The notes beneath the pieces were generated by a model. It was given only the letters and a program-made list of their open reading frames with translations. It was not told where the DNA came from and did not search any database. A stretch of 63,012 nucleotides of DNA, counting the filler, from Octopus bimaculoides (lineage: Eukaryota): NCBI RefSeq assembly GCF_001194135.2. It is 6 parts of 4 records of this genome, joined end to end, with 100 filler letters (N's around TTAATTAATTAA, not from the genome) between each part and the next. Parts side by side here need not be neighbours in the genome. Positions count along the whole stretch, not along the records: positions 22,149 to 26,567 come from NC_069004.1; positions 26,668 to 39,438 come from NC_068985.1; 4 more parts are not named here. One strand, given 5' to 3'. The position numbers and the translations under genes are program-made. Shown here one piece after another: positions 25,372 to 38,927 of the stretch (position 1 is the stretch's first letter; each line of letters starts with the position of its first letter).

Positions 25372-25596
25372 AAGTGTTTCTCAACCATTTTTATACCTAT
25401 GGGGCCTTTTTGATTCCCATTTTATTCAAACAGACCCTTATTACCATTTGATGTTGAAAAAAATCATATTTTGATAATTAAATGTTTTTAATAATTGTGT
25501 TAAAAAATATTAAGATATTTTGTGTACTGTCGAAGTATGACCAATTTATTGCAGATGACCCCAAAGGGTCGTGTGGACCCTGGTTGAGAATTACTG
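25372..25596. mobile_element. hAT (Charlie-like) MITE
   Basis: Termini (A)AGTGTTTCTCAACC and GGTTGAGAATTACTG; imperfect 8-bp TSD ATCTATAC/CTCTACAC. Confidence 0.6.
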
Positions 25597-25794
25597 CTCT
25601 ACACCCTTGAAAACATATCTGCAAAATTTCATTTAAAAAAATACGCATTTTTCAGAAAGTTTGGAGGAGGGGCACCAGTGTTTAGTTATGCTGGATTCAT
25701 TTTCTGTCGACATAACTTCAATGTTCTTTAATTCTTTTAAATTTGAATATTACCCAGGCATACTTTGTCTTTCATTGTCCCTGGGTCCATTTAA

Positions 25795-26015
25795 ACCTTT
25801 CGTTTACAACCTGGCCGAAACCAGCTCTGGCTCTGTAGTACAAATATCTTGTTTTCATAAGTCTTGAATTAAAATCTTCCACCAAAACTTGGTCACAATT
25901 TATGTTCCTAATACTAGCTTAATGATAACTAAGTTATTTTACTAAATTTTTTGTTATATTTAAAATTAATTGAAAGAATCACAGAGGATCTCAAAATAAA
26001 TGGGTAACGAAAGGG
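25795..26015. mobile_element. TTAA-flanked MITE, short form
   Basis: TTAA|ACCTTTCGTT ... AACGAAAGGG|TTAA. Confidence 0.7.
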
Positions 26016-26029
26016 TTAAGCAATATTAG

Positions 26030-26200
26030 TGTCAAATTTTGGCACAAGGCTAGCATTTTGTGGGCAGGGGTTAAATCGATTACATCGACCCCCAGTGTTC
26101 AACTGGTATTTATTTTATCGACCCAGAAAGGATGAAAGGTAAAGTCGACCTCGGCGGAATTTGAACTCAGAACATAAAGACAGACAAACTGCCACGAAGC
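26030..26200 (-). mobile_element. Second SINE family with Meta/Sauria-like central domain (also about 33000-33110, 51020-51080, 53325-53500, 57660-57727)
   Basis: Minus strand GAGTTCAAATTCCGCCGAGGTCGAC..CTTTCATCCTTTC.GGGTCGATAAAAT. The domain name is from recall and needs checking. Confidence 0.65.
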
Positions 26201-26667
26201 ATTTTGTCCCTGGACAAACCAATGGGGGAGCCAATTATGTAGGCCCTCAATTTGTCAGAATGAGCTGCCAAATGTTCCTCAAATTGTACCCTAATGTCTT
26301 ACGTTTGGCACTTGTGTGCTTGAAAATATATTTGTGTGTGTGTGTGTGTGTGAGATGATGTGTATTAGTCTATATGGAAGACTTAGTCATGGTAACTAGA
26401 CAGACAGGAATAGCAGCTAAATCGCCTTCATTTCATGCTCTATTCACTCATATATATATATATATATACACGCACCAATGGAGATTTCATTATCATAGAC
26501 CTGCCACAAATAGCAGTTAAACTTCACGTCAGTAACAACCTACTAATTTACATATGGTTATATGGTTNNNNNNNNNNNNNNNNNNNNNNNNNNNNNNNNN
26601 NNNNNNNNNNNTTAATTAATTAANNNNNNNNNNNNNNNNNNNNNNNNNNNNNNNNNNNNNNNNNNNN

Positions 26668-26892
26668 TAAAAACACGCACTGGTTCAGTCCTTTATTAAT
26701 TTATATAGTTTTTTGTTAAATTATTTCATTGCACTCTTGCAATCTCTTCAGTAACGTGTCTCTCCACTTCCATTTATTTATTTAAATGGAAGTGGAGAGA
26801 CAAGTTACTGAAGAGATTGCAAGAGCGCAATGAAATAATTTAACAAAAAACTATATAAATTAATAAAGGACTGAACCAGTGCGTGTGTTTAT
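26668..26892. repeat. Near-perfect 225-bp palindrome with two outward-facing minimal hammerhead-like motifs
   Basis: Arms of about 110 bp with few mismatches; motifs at 26804-26844 (+) and 26715-26755 (-). Confidence 0.85.
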
Positions 26893-27039
26893 TACCGGCA
26901 TAATGCCTCTCCCAAGGTTTAATTGTATTATTTAACATTATTTCCTCTAAAAAAAATTTTCGAGACGCCAGCCCCCTATTACAACAATGCCTTAGCCAAT
27001 AGTGGTTTTGATGATAAATTAATGTACAACCGGTCTAGT

Positions 27040-27710
27040 AATAATACGAAAATAAAAATAGACCTTAAATTAGATCTAGGAGAATGATTTGGTTCACTCC
27101 ACTCCTCCTCCTTAGTGTTAGAACCAACATAGCTAAAAGACTCCTGTCTCTCTTAGACAAACATTTTCCAGAAAATCACAGGTACAGAAAACTATATTCA
27201 ACAGGCACTTAGTCAAATTATCATATACTTCTACTCCAATATGAAGAGCATCATCGCACGCAAACACCACCAAGAGCCTACACCAAATTGAAACTCTCGA
27301 TACTCAGGAACTTGTCCACTTGATCAGGGGAGCATGATTAAATCTGTCATATATGGGCTGATGTCACAGCAACGCTAGATGATAACAAAACCGAAAAGAA
27401 GAGCTACATCGGGTTATGTGAAGGCGACTTCGAAAATTGCTACGCTAGCAACATTTCTTCCTTCCGACACAGGGATAAAAATAAAATGACTAAGTTGTCT
27501 AGTCACGTATGGTGTTTTGATGTCTAACACCACACCACATACAGCTAAGTAGTAAATAGTTGAAAATTCCACGCCACTTGTCAACGGATCAAAAAAAAAC
27601 GTAAGCTATGCGTAGCTGAATGAACTCCGGCAAACTACTGAATTTCAGAACTGAAAGTTTTAGCAGATGTAAACATATGGATAAGTTCCTGTTGGTGAAT
27701 TGTAAAATAT
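27040..27710 (+). pseudogene. PLE GIY-YIG fragment of a second lineage
   Basis: CPLD.G..VIY..KSYIGLCEGDF..SSFRH..LSSHVW..KLCVAE..SRCKHMDKFLL. Confidence 0.75.
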
Positions 27711-29563
27711 CATCCTCTTCTGATTGAGCAGCTGTACTGCAGATTCTAGGCCCCTATCCATTCAGCCTTATGACTGAGGACAGAACTCTATTTCAACTCC
27801 TCTTTCTTTTTTCTGTCTTTCGTTTTCCAGTGTTTTCAATATCCCAACTTTTACATCTACTTCCTTCTCGCTCTTTCTCGCATTTTCTCTCATCCTATCG
27901 TCCTGTTTTAGTTTGTTATGCCAATTGGGGCAAAGACTGAGAATTATATGAAGACACCATACGTGTTATAAAATGTTGTCTGAGTTGTTTTTCATCGCAT
28001 GTAACTATTAGTAGCTCATGGAATTATATACTGTGCTTATTAAATAATGTATATATATATATATATATATATNNNNNNNNNNNNNNNNNNNNNNNNNNNN
28101 NNNNNNNNNNNNNNNNNNNNNNNNNNNNNNNNNNNNNNNNNNNNNNNNNNNNNNNNNATATACGTATATGGGAAGAGAGAGAAAGAGAGAGAGAAAAAGA
28201 GAAGGACAGACAGACAGGCACATACACACATACATACATACATACATACACACGTACGTACGTATACATATGCGTGTTTGCGTATGTTGACCGAATGACA
28301 AACGATGGTTAGATGAGAATCTTACCCTTGTTTCACAGACTGATTTGTTGTTCGCTGAAATATCTTATTAAGATTTCAATTGGTTTATAACAATTTACGT
28401 TGCAACCAGGAAAATGTAACGCTAGTAGGAATTAATTACTGTAAATCATTTTTATAGGAATACTAGAAGTGACTATCCAATTGAAAATAATGGAAAAATA
28501 AAAATAAAACAACATAACAAAAAAAAAATAAAAGAAAATAGACAGGAACCGTTTATAGATCGATATTGAAATATTTTATTGTTTAAAAACAATAAAATAT
28601 GCTTTTGTATTTATGAATGATAAAGAGTAATAATGAAAGAGGTTAAAGAAAGATAGATCGTTTCGGGTTGTAACAGGATATAGAATAGGAAATAGAAAAA
28701 GAAATTGAAATAAGGCTGAATATATAGAAAACGGAAAGATGGATTAAGACAAGACCTGATAAATAGCAAGAGAAGTGAGAGTAAGCGAAGGATGGGGGGG
28801 GTTGAGGAAAATAAATTAGAAATAAAAGTGAAAGTAGCAAAGCTGGATGAAAGTTAGACAGTCTCAATATACGCGGTCATAAATTTTTTAAAAGAGAGCG
28901 AATGAAGAAAATAAGACATTCTGTTTTCTTCTGTATTTTTCTGTCTTTTCTTCTTCTTCTTCATTATTTTTCTTTCTTGTTGGTGCTGTTGTTAAATAGA
29001 AACTACTTCAGATAGGAGTGGAATATTCAACAGCAATTAGAGAAAACGAAATAGGAAACCGAATAATAATAAGAAGTAATGCCGGATCCATATAGGACAA
29101 AATAAAGAAAAAGGAAAAAAGAAAACAAGAAGTGAGACGGAGAGAAATGAACAAGAAAGGATAAGTCGAACAAAAGATGTTAGCGATATAACATAGATGA
29201 GATGGTCTGAAAATAAGACGACAAGCATGGTTTATTGTGTCCAATATTCCACGAAAGCAGCTCCAGTGCGATAAACAAATAAATGAACTCCAAGGCAGCC
29301 ATAGCATATCTATGAGAATAAACTATGGCCATCTGTCCAAAAAGAATAGTTAACACTGTCTTTCCCTTTTTTCCTTTCCTCTGCCATACTACATCAATAG
29401 ACACTTCAAATACGCGCGTGCGCACATATACGCCTGCTATGTCATTTGTAAAAGCTACGCAATATGTAAGATGATATTTTATCATGAAACACATGGGGGA
29501 CATGACAAACCTGATAAAAATACATANNNNNNNNNNNNNNNNNNNNNNNNNNNNNNNNNNNNN

Positions 29564-29617
<54 letters not shown>

Positions 29618-29849
29618 GTACACATAATTATTTATACATATTCAAGCACACGCACGCACGCTCACACACAAACAAACATATATATGTATGTGTTTGTTCA
29701 TACATATATATACATACACACATACATACGTGCAGGTTATTACTGCACTAACTGAGCTTAAACCAGAAAAAAGGGAGGTAAGTATCATCATCACGAACAA
29801 CAGACTGAGACACATGCACAATACTTCGTGTATGCATGCAAGACATGAA

Positions 29850-30560
29850 ATTTCGAGATTCAGAGATTCAGAGGAAGACAAAGGCACTGGAAATGATTTT
29901 CTCCCGCAAACTTTGAGACAGCTTGTGCTTGGACAATACCAGAAATGAGTGAATGGACGAAACATTCAAAACGTTATTGACTCTATGAAAATGTTCCCAG
30001 GATGATAAGGTGGAAATAAAGCTGAAACATTATGGTTAAACAAAAGCATCCAGTGACCTGGCAAAAACCATAATTCCAGGAACTGCAGAAAGAGAAAGAA
30101 GTGGACAGAGGTAAAGATAGCCATCGACATAAATAAATGGATGGGCAGTCATGGGCGGAGACCCGAAGTTCTGATGAGACAAAGTAGTGTAAAAGAGTAC
30201 ATATAATGTGAACGGACAGCGAATATCTCTCGAGCCATGAAAGTTAAAATCAAATGGCCGGAGCACCTGGACCGGGGAAGTGCTCCAGTTCACACGGTAA
30301 CCAACTACTTGACAGAGATAGGCATCAAAAGTATTCTTCACCTCTTCAACAGTCCTTTTTAGTTTCACTCAGCTGAAGGAGGGTGTGATAAGTGTCTTGG
30401 ACAAGTTCACTTTGGAAAACTTCCATAGGGTCTTCACGAACTGACTGAAGCGCTACAGCAACTGAATTGAAGTCAGAGAATCATACATTGAAGAAGATCA
30501 GAATTTTGTTATAATTTGCTCTTAATAAATGTCTTTCCTGAAAAACTTTTAAAACTTCTG
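29850..30560 (+). pseudogene. Highly decayed mariner-like transposase
   Basis: APVHTVTNYLTEIGIKSILHL..SP and a C-terminal IEVRESYIEE-like segment typical of mariner. Confidence 0.5.
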
Positions 30561-30583
30561 GAGACTGCAAAACCAGGCAAGTA

Positions 30584-31465
30584 CAGGGTGTCCCAAAAGT
30601 CACTGATGGGTTTCAATTTTTGATAACTTACTTAACTTTACAAATAAATGCATGACAGTATGATATAGTATAAAGGACATAATGGAAATTAATATGCACA
30701 AGTCAAATTTTGCAACACCACTACATCATATACGAAAAATGACATCGCTTAAATGGCAGCCATTTTCATTTTTGCACACCCGTGCTCTTTCAAAAACTTG
30801 CACCATAACACCCTCAAGAGTTTCAGACCCCATTTCTCTGATTTCTCTATTGATGTTCTCCTTTAGTTGCACCAGGGTTTCCTGTTTGTTGACGTAAACC
30901 TTCTTTTTTTAAGTATTCCCACAAGAAAAAATCAGGGCTAATCAAGTCTGGGGAATGCGATGGCCATTCAAAGTAGACCTCACACATGATTCCAGCAAGA
31001 TGGTGCAACTGCTCGTACCGTAAAGAGAAACAATGCAGTTACTACGGCAGTGCTTTGGAGAGAAAATAATCTCCTGCTATGGTAATGTCAACTGGCCTTC
31101 ACGTTCCCCAGACTTGACTATGCTAGATATTTTCTTGTGGGGATATCTGAAAGAGAGGGTTTACGTCAACAGATAGGAGTCCCTGGTGCAACAGAAAGAG
31201 AACATCAATAGAGAAATGGGGTCTAAAATTCTTGAGGGTGTTATGGAGCAAGTTTTTGAAAGAGCACGGGCGTGCGAAGCCGAAAATGGCTGCCATTTAA
31301 GCGATGTCATTTTTCATATGCGATGTAGCGGTATTGCAATATTTGCTTACTGCATTTGAATTTCCGTTACGTCTTTTGTATTGTATCAAAATTTCATGCA
31401 TTTATTTGTAAAGTTAAGGAAGTTATCAAAAATTGAAACCCATCAGTGACTTTTGGGAAACCCTG
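30584..31465. mobile_element. Palindromic non-autonomous element built from two 3' ends of a DD41D (rosa/Visitor-type) Tc1/mariner
   Basis: TIR CAGGGTGTCCCAAAAGTCACTGATGGGTTTC at both ends. Both arms encode WPSxSPDL..D.FLWG.LK..VYVN. 41 residues between QQD and LD after one frameshift correction. Confidence 0.85.
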
Positions 31466-31466
31466 A

Positions 31467-31537
<71 letters not shown>

Positions 31538-32273
31538 TGTGTAAGTGCTCGCGCATGCGTCTGCGAGTATGTGTGTGCGTATGTATCTAAGCATGTATAT
31601 ATGTATGTTTGTGCGTGTGTGAGTGAGTGTGTGTGGGTGAGTGTGTGTGTGTGCGTGTGTGCAATAACATGCATTCAAACATACACACTAAGATACAAAT
31701 TTGGAGTTAAACAAATTAAATACTTGCAAATTGCATATATACTCATATAAACTTATACATACACACACAGATTCACACATGCAAACTCACACACACACAC
31801 ACACACCAACATACGTACAGAGGGTCGCATATCAGTAAATGAGACACAATGCCCACATCCACTAAACACACGCATCTGCACACACACACTCACACATATA
31901 CAGAAACACACACATGTAATAAATGACATCTAAAACACACACTTAAATACTGCACAAATTCAGTAACACAAACCAGCCAACACACGCATACACACGCACT
32001 GAAGCGTTTCAGCTAACAGACACACACACAAAATTACATATAAACATGCTGACACAGAAACACATACGCAAATTTTTTGCACGCATAAATTACACGCTGT
32101 AGAGACACGTAAGCACATACACACACACACACACTCACACACACACACACACACACACACGTTTGCGTGTATATGTGTGCGCACGAGAGTATAAAATTGC
32201 GTGTGTAATCATGTTTGTCAGAATGTCGTGACTATATATCTGTGTGTGCTGTTTGGATGCGTAGGTGTGTGTT

Positions 32274-32304
<31 letters not shown>

Positions 32305-32393
32305 TTATGTGTGTGTTGTGCGGTTGTGTGTTTGTACGCATAAATTACACGATGTAGAGACACGTCAGCGCGTGGGCGCACGCACACACGCAT

Positions 32394-32427
<34 letters not shown>

Positions 32428-32477
32428 TTGTCCGTATATGTGTAAAATTGCATGGGCAACCGTGTATGTGAATGTGT

Positions 32478-32528
<51 letters not shown>

Positions 32529-32586
32529 GTGGGTGTCTGTGCTGTTTGGGTATATGTGTGTATGCGTGCATGTGCGTGCGTGCGTG

Positions 32587-32675
<89 letters not shown>

Positions 32676-33140
32676 CCATGTGTGTAACCATGCGTGCGTT
32701 TTCAATTCACCTCCTGCTCTTCTGATCCTGTGTCATGAGCTGCCTTGATGATATTGGCAGGTCGAAGAATGTCAAAGAAATATCAATCGCTGACAACAAC
32801 AACAATAACAACAACAACAGGGCCAGCGGGAGCAGCAGCCACAATAATGGTGGGAGGCGAGGACGATGACGAGGATGACTCCGTAACATCATATAGCAAT
32901 AACAACAAGAAGAAAACAACACAACCATAACAATATTAATAATAATTCTTTCCATCTTTGACACAAAGGACGATAATTTTGAGGGGAGGGGGAAAGTCCA
33001 TCACACCGACTTCAGTACTTGGCTGGTACTTTATTTCATCGACCCCGAAAAGATGAAAGGCAAAGATAGCCTTCTAGGTATTTGGACTCAGAACGTAAAG
33101 AGCCGAAAGAAATTCGACTCACTAATGATTCTGGCAGCTC

Positions 33141-33143
<3 letters not shown>

Positions 33144-33187
<44 letters not shown>

Positions 33188-33343
33188 CCTTACTACTATA
33201 GGCACAAGGACTGAAAGTTGGGGGAGGGGGATAATAGAAGAAGAAGAAGAAGAAGAAGAAGAAGAAGAAGAAGAAGAAGAAGAAGAAGAAGAAGAAGAAG
33301 AAGAAGAAGAAGAAGAAGAAGAAGAAGCAGCAGCAGCAGCAGC
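33144..33343. repeat. Compound microsatellites (TAA)n, (AAG)n, (CAG)n around a SINE remnant
   Basis: Direct reading. Confidence 0.95.
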
Positions 33344-33718
33344 GGCTTTTATTTGCTTCAAGAGCAACAAGACACGAAACCCTACAACAGCAGTTTGGTA
33401 GAAATAACAGCAAAAACGACAATGAAAATAACATTGATAGTAATAGTATTAATTATAATGCATAATACTATTGCTGCTAGTAACATTTAATAATAGACGC
33501 ACTTACGGGCAAATTTGAATTATTGAATAAATAAATGTGCCAATTGAGCTCGTAGCCACGGACGATGCAGGATCCCGCTTCTGATCTCTATCTGTTAGCT
33601 TCGTAGTTTCGTACAGTTTTCATTCTAGTCTTTCTTTCTGTTATATTTTCTCTGTGCACTCTCTCTTTCTCTCTGTCTCTGTCTCTCTCCCCCTCTCTGC
33701 CTGTCTACCTCCCTCTTG

Positions 33719-33749
<31 letters not shown>

Positions 33750-34879
33750 TCCCTCCCTCTTTATTTGGGTATGTCACTGTTCCACTTCCTTTCACACAAT
33801 GTTCGTCCAGCTCTGTTTCTCTATCATTCCTTCCCAAAACTCTCCTATTCCTCATCACCCTTTTTCCCTTCTCCTTCTCCTTCTGTCTCTCCTCCCTCTC
33901 TGTCTCTCTCTCTCTGTCATTTTCTCACTCTCTCACTGGCTCATGTTGTTACTCCACCTTTCCTCTCCTTTCTAGACTCAAATTCCATTGATTTTTCACG
34001 TTTCTTTGCTTTCATTTCATTAGCTATCTGTTTTTTATTATTTGCCCCATTTAATGAGCAAATCATACCAACAATAATAAATAAATAAATAAATAAATAA
34101 ATAAACATGAAATAAACATAATGATAAACACACAAAATTAAAATATAACAAAATAAATAAAAACAAGAAAGAGAGAGAGAGAGAAAGAGATCTATATTCT
34201 GTTTGTTTTTTCCACTGAGTAAGAAAAATAATCAAAGGTTTTCATTTATTTAACACAAGAATTCGTTACCGTTCTTTATTCTATATTGTTTATTCGCACT
34301 TTTTTGCTCAAAAGGAAAAGAAACAAAGAATTATTAATACAATGGCGAAATTATGTCAATAGAAGTCTTTTTTTGTTGCCTTAGAAGAAGTTCTATGGCC
34401 TTCATCCGCCATGATGAATAAGCATCAATGTTAAGATACACATGCCACACATGCCCGCCATTTCCATTTGTTATATATATANNNNNNNNNNNNNNNNNNN
34501 NNNNNNNNNNNNNNNNNNNNNNNNNNNNNNNNNNNNNNNNNNNNNNNNNNNNNNNNNNNNNNNNNNNNNNNNNNNNNNNNNNNNNNNNNNNNNNNNNNNN
34601 NNNNNNNNNNNNNNNNNNNNNNNNNNNNNNNNNNNNNNNNNNNNNNNNNNNNNNNNNNNNNNNNNNNNNNNNNNNNNNNNNNNNNNNNNNNNNNNNNNNN
34701 NNNNNNNNNNNNNNNNNNNNNNNNNNNNNNNNNNNNNNNNNNNNNNNNNNNNNNNNNNNNNNNNNNNNNNNNNNNNNNNNNNNNNNNNNNNNNNNNNNNN
34801 NNNNNNNNNNNNNNNNNNNNNNNNNNNNNNNNNNNNNNNATATATATATCTGTCTATCTATCTATATATCTATCTACCC

Positions 34880-35745
34880 ATAGATTCACAACAATACCTA
34901 TTATTCAACTCATGCCACCCTAAACACATAAAAATTAACATAACTTATAAACTAGCGAAAAGAATCTGCACCATAGTTTCGGATAACAATACTTGTGAAC
35001 GAAGACTCCTTGAACTTAAATCAACACTAATCAAGAGACATTACCCAACATTATTAATAATTGATGGAATTAAACTAGCAAAAGAAATAGACATAGAAAC
35101 ATTAAGGGAAGTTAACCGAAATACTACACCAGATTTAAAAATACTCCCAAACATCTCCACACACAACCCTAGAAACAATGAGGCCTTCAACATCATCCAA
35201 AATCTATCCAATCTCACTGGAGATAAAGCAATGAACAGAATTTTAGGCTCACACAAAATTATCAAAAGCAAAATACAACCGAAATCATTGAAAAAATATT
35301 AACCAGCGCAAGACTATATTCATTATCAAGGGAACCAAAAGTGAAAAAATGAGGGTGGCTTAACTGTGGCATATGCCCCCACCTTTTGGAGGATACAGAG
35401 TTTCAGAAGGTGAAATATTTAAGATAAAATCAAATTTCACCTGTGACTCTGAAAACTTAATCTATGCTATTACCTGCTTAGGGTGCAGAAATCACTATAT
35501 AGGCCAAACAGGAATGTCACGCCGACGAAGAACAACTCTTCACAAAGAAAAAAATCTGCTACCCAGTATATAGATAGATACGGGTCAGTGAACACATAGA
35601 AAGATGTGCTAGGAACCTTAAGCCGAACTTCCTAATTTTCCCTTTTTATCAATGTTCACAGAACATCTCCCTACAGCGAAGACTAAATAAAGAGGCAACT
35701 TTCATTAATAAATATCATCTACAACTCAACATGAACACAACTTAA
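34880..35745 (+). pseudogene. Penelope-like element RT thumb plus GIY-YIG fragment
   Basis: SCHPKHIKINITYKLAKRICTIVSD..STHNPRNNEA..NFTCDSENLIYAITCLGCRNHYIGQT..FIIKY.LQLN. Confidence 0.9.
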
Positions 35746-37504
35746 TACTACTAACCCTACCAATAATCCCACTAATCTCCATACATTCCACGCATCATTC
35801 ATATTCTGGTATCTATATCTACCTTAACTGCTTACCTCCCTTGCATGTAATCTTTTCACTCAGCTACTATTAGACCCGACACCGTTTGGAAATCTATGTT
35901 CATTCAAAGTCAGTGATCAGCTCTGACGATACCGGTATGACTTTGAATCTCTATAATGCTTCATAATAATGATTTTTATACTTCATAATTCCACCTCAAA
36001 CCATCTAATTGTATGCATATATCTTTGCTTTTCTTTATAAAGCCTTTATTTTTTATATCTAATGTGCATGTTCTTTGTTTTCTTTTTACTTTCCCCCTAT
36101 TTATACCACGTGTAGTCTTTTCTCTGTGAAACCTATTTCTATTATATATATATATATATAATGCAGTAATGGCTTGAGGTTAATCAGCTGGCAGCAACTC
36201 TTTGTTTTTAGACTATAGTTCAAATTGTAGGGAATTCAATGTCAGAGTCATTCTTGTTCAGTCCCTATACACTACTGATCGTGTAGGTGTATTCTCAAAG
36301 ATATTCAAATCAGGTCCAGCCTATGACTTTTAATTTAGAGCTCTATTAACAAATGCATTCTTTAGGCACTCTATCTGGGACTATCCCCTATGCTTCGTTC
36401 AAAACGATTCACAAGAGTAAGCTTCTTCGTATTTTAGGACAAGAAAGACAATATAATCCAGTGTTTTTGTGTAAAGACAATAAGGGTACGGTTTGAAAGA
36501 GATTGAATTGTTTATTCTTGTAGGCCAAGTTACCACGTAAATACTTCGTCGCTTTTCGTAAAATTCAATATATTCAATGTGTTTACAACAGTCTCAAACA
36601 GGTTTGTATAATGCAGCACTGAGATAGTTTTATTGTAAACATGATGCGAATGTGAAGGAAGTTAATAACAATGGAAATCGAAAATAGAAAGGAAAAATGA
36701 GGGGAAAGCAAGTAACTACAATGTTGGCGGTGAAGGCGATGAACTCAGTGCATCAGAACAAGTCTGATACCTACTTATGAAAACATAACTCACAAGGAAT
36801 CGGAGACTGACAAAATTTATGATGGCTACCTAAAAATATACACCGAAAATGCGATCAATAGATTCTCACAAAATGATCTGCGTTTCCAACTGTCATTTTT
36901 TATTATTTATTATTTTATATTTCTTTCTTTCTTTCTATCCTTCGCTGTCTGTGTGTGTGTCTCTCTCTCCCTCTCTCTCTCTCTTTCTCCCCCTCTCTCT
37001 CTAATTGTACTATTCTATCTTTCTTTTTCTTTGATCGCGACCCCATGTCAATTTAAATATTTCTGTTGCTTTAGTTATTGTTATTTTGTTGCAACCCTTT
37101 ATTGTTGCTGTCGTTCTTTTGCAGCGTATTTCTTGTTTTTAGTATTTTTATATATTTTTATATAATCATCCTCATCATCATCATCGTCGTTATTCAGTTT
37201 AGGTCGACTTTGAACGAACAAGCCTACGACCTGAGACATTCCACTCATAACTATCCTCGCCGAAATGTTCTCTTAATAGTATCTACGACAAAAATATCCA
37301 AATATATTATTCCATGTTTAAAACACGAGGTTGTCATCTGAGACAGATTTGGAGAGACATATGGAGCTTCCACGATAGCTTTGACGTTGTTGTTTGGCTT
37401 CAGGTATATCTAGATATAGTAGACCTACGTTCGAATGTGTGAAGGCGCATGGCTCAGTGGTTAGAGCATCGAGCTTACAATCATGAGTTATGATGGTATT
37501 TAGA

Positions 37505-37950
37505 AACCAATTGATATGGCTATCGATGAAAATAAAGTTAACTATTCAACAAAGCTTCTTAATTCTTAGGAACCTCCAAGATTGCCATCTCTCAACCGCA
37601 GTTTAATGTTGGATCTTCTACAATACTCCTATAAAGCTTAGTTCATCCTAAGCTCTGCATTGGTACTCGATGAATAATAAAAGCATCACAGCTACATGCC
37701 ACCGGCGCATAAATTCAATCTCGTTGTGGCAAGGGAAAAGATACTTTTATTTCTAGATCACCCCAAGTAGTATCAGAAGCAATGTTTCAGTTTAAGCGCA
37801 TACACAATTTTCAGTAAATGTTTATTTTGCCAAGCTAATCGACAAATCACAAAAACAAACACTGAACGTTGTTGGCCTGCAGTTACAGAAAAGACTTGTT
37901 TTCTCATGTTCAGCTGTATGCAGGATGGTCTAAGATAGGAACGGCTCACA
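37505..37950 (+). pseudogene. Helitron Pif1-family helicase C-terminal remnant
   Basis: NYST.LLNS, NVGS..ILL, PKLCIGTR, FQFKR, DKSQKQTLNVVGL, CFSHVQLY..SKIG correspond to the INKSQGQT/CFSHGQLYVA motifs. Confidence 0.85.
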
Positions 37951-38008
37951 AACTTTTTGCATGCATTGTTATATTATACATTTGATTGGAAAATAGCTAG
38001 ACTGATGG

Positions 38009-38039
<31 letters not shown>

Positions 38040-38160
38040 AGCGGGGAAACACAAGTAGTAGACATCATACACGCACCCTGGACGGAAATCACCAGCAACA
38101 TTCTTGTACCAGGTATAGCCACCCCATATCCCAGAACTACTAGCCCACCCCACAGGTCAG

Positions 38161-38927
38161 ATGTTCCGGATGAGGCCACAACGTAATCAGGAACTTTGCC
38201 CCCTTCCCTGGATCAATAAAGACTTCATAACTGAATCAATTAAATTCATCCTCCAAAACAACCATTTCATGTTTAACACCACTGTTTATAGCAAAAAATC
38301 TGGAATTACAATGGGAACTAGGGCAGCCCCAACCATTGCCAATCTAACAATGGGCTATTTAGAAATAACAGTATACCAATAGTCCATAGGGACCCCAAAC
38401 TTAAGGAGATTCTATATAACCATAAAATCATTAAGAGCAGCAAACAGCTTGAAACATTGAAGAAAATTCTAACCAATGCCAAACTATTCTCTAGAACAAC
38501 AGACGCAAGAATCGTAAAGCGTGGTCGCCCTGATTGCGAAACATGGCCCAATCTGTTGGAAATATCGGAATTCCATTTCAGACAAGGACAAATATTCAAG
38601 ATCAGATCTAACTTCACTTGCCCCTCCCAAAACCCCATTTACGTAATCAGATGCTTGAGCTGCCATCGAAATTATATTGCATCAACAGGAAATTCGACCC
38701 GAAAGAGATGTATGGTCCACAGACAACAAATTTCCACCCCACAATATCGCCAAATATACCTCAGTCAACACATTCACGAATGTGCAGAACGATTACAACC
38801 ACAATTCGAAATTTTCCCATTTTATCAGCTTACCTTCTGGACCTTAACACAAGTAAGAATGAATAAAGAAGCCTCATTTATCCAAAAATATAAACCAGAA
38901 TTGAATATAAAACCATATCAAAACTAA
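38161..38927 (+). pseudogene. Internally deleted PLE: RT core joined to GIY-YIG
   Basis: FILQNNHFMFN..GITMGTRAAPTIANLTMG (RT), then CGRPDCETW..NPIYVIRCLSCHRNYIAST..EASFIQKYKPELNI. Confidence 0.9.

Noticed and set aside
27040-27710. In-frame TGA codons in the second-lineage PLE as possible selenocysteine recoding
   Set aside because: The copy has frameshifts and other stops, so TGA cannot be separated from decay; no SECIS recognised.
29747-29788. 42-nt segment with perfect GAG|GTAAGT donor (VITALTELKPEKRE)
   Set aside because: No pyrimidine tract upstream, and it lies at the edge of a mariner remnant.
31394-32748. Many long ORFs rich in HT/CV/YI (also 55402-57638, 61024-62191)
   Set aside because: Translations of (CA)n, (TA)n, (CT)n microsatellites and N runs.
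32745-32930. Short ORF with poly-T/poly-N and DDDEDD, possible exon after TTGGCAG
   Set aside because: Explained by trinucleotide low complexity; weak acceptor, no donor, no homology.
35905-35950. 10-bp hairpin enclosing CTGACGA-TACCGGTA after a PLE stop
   Set aside because: No GAAA/UH half found downstream.
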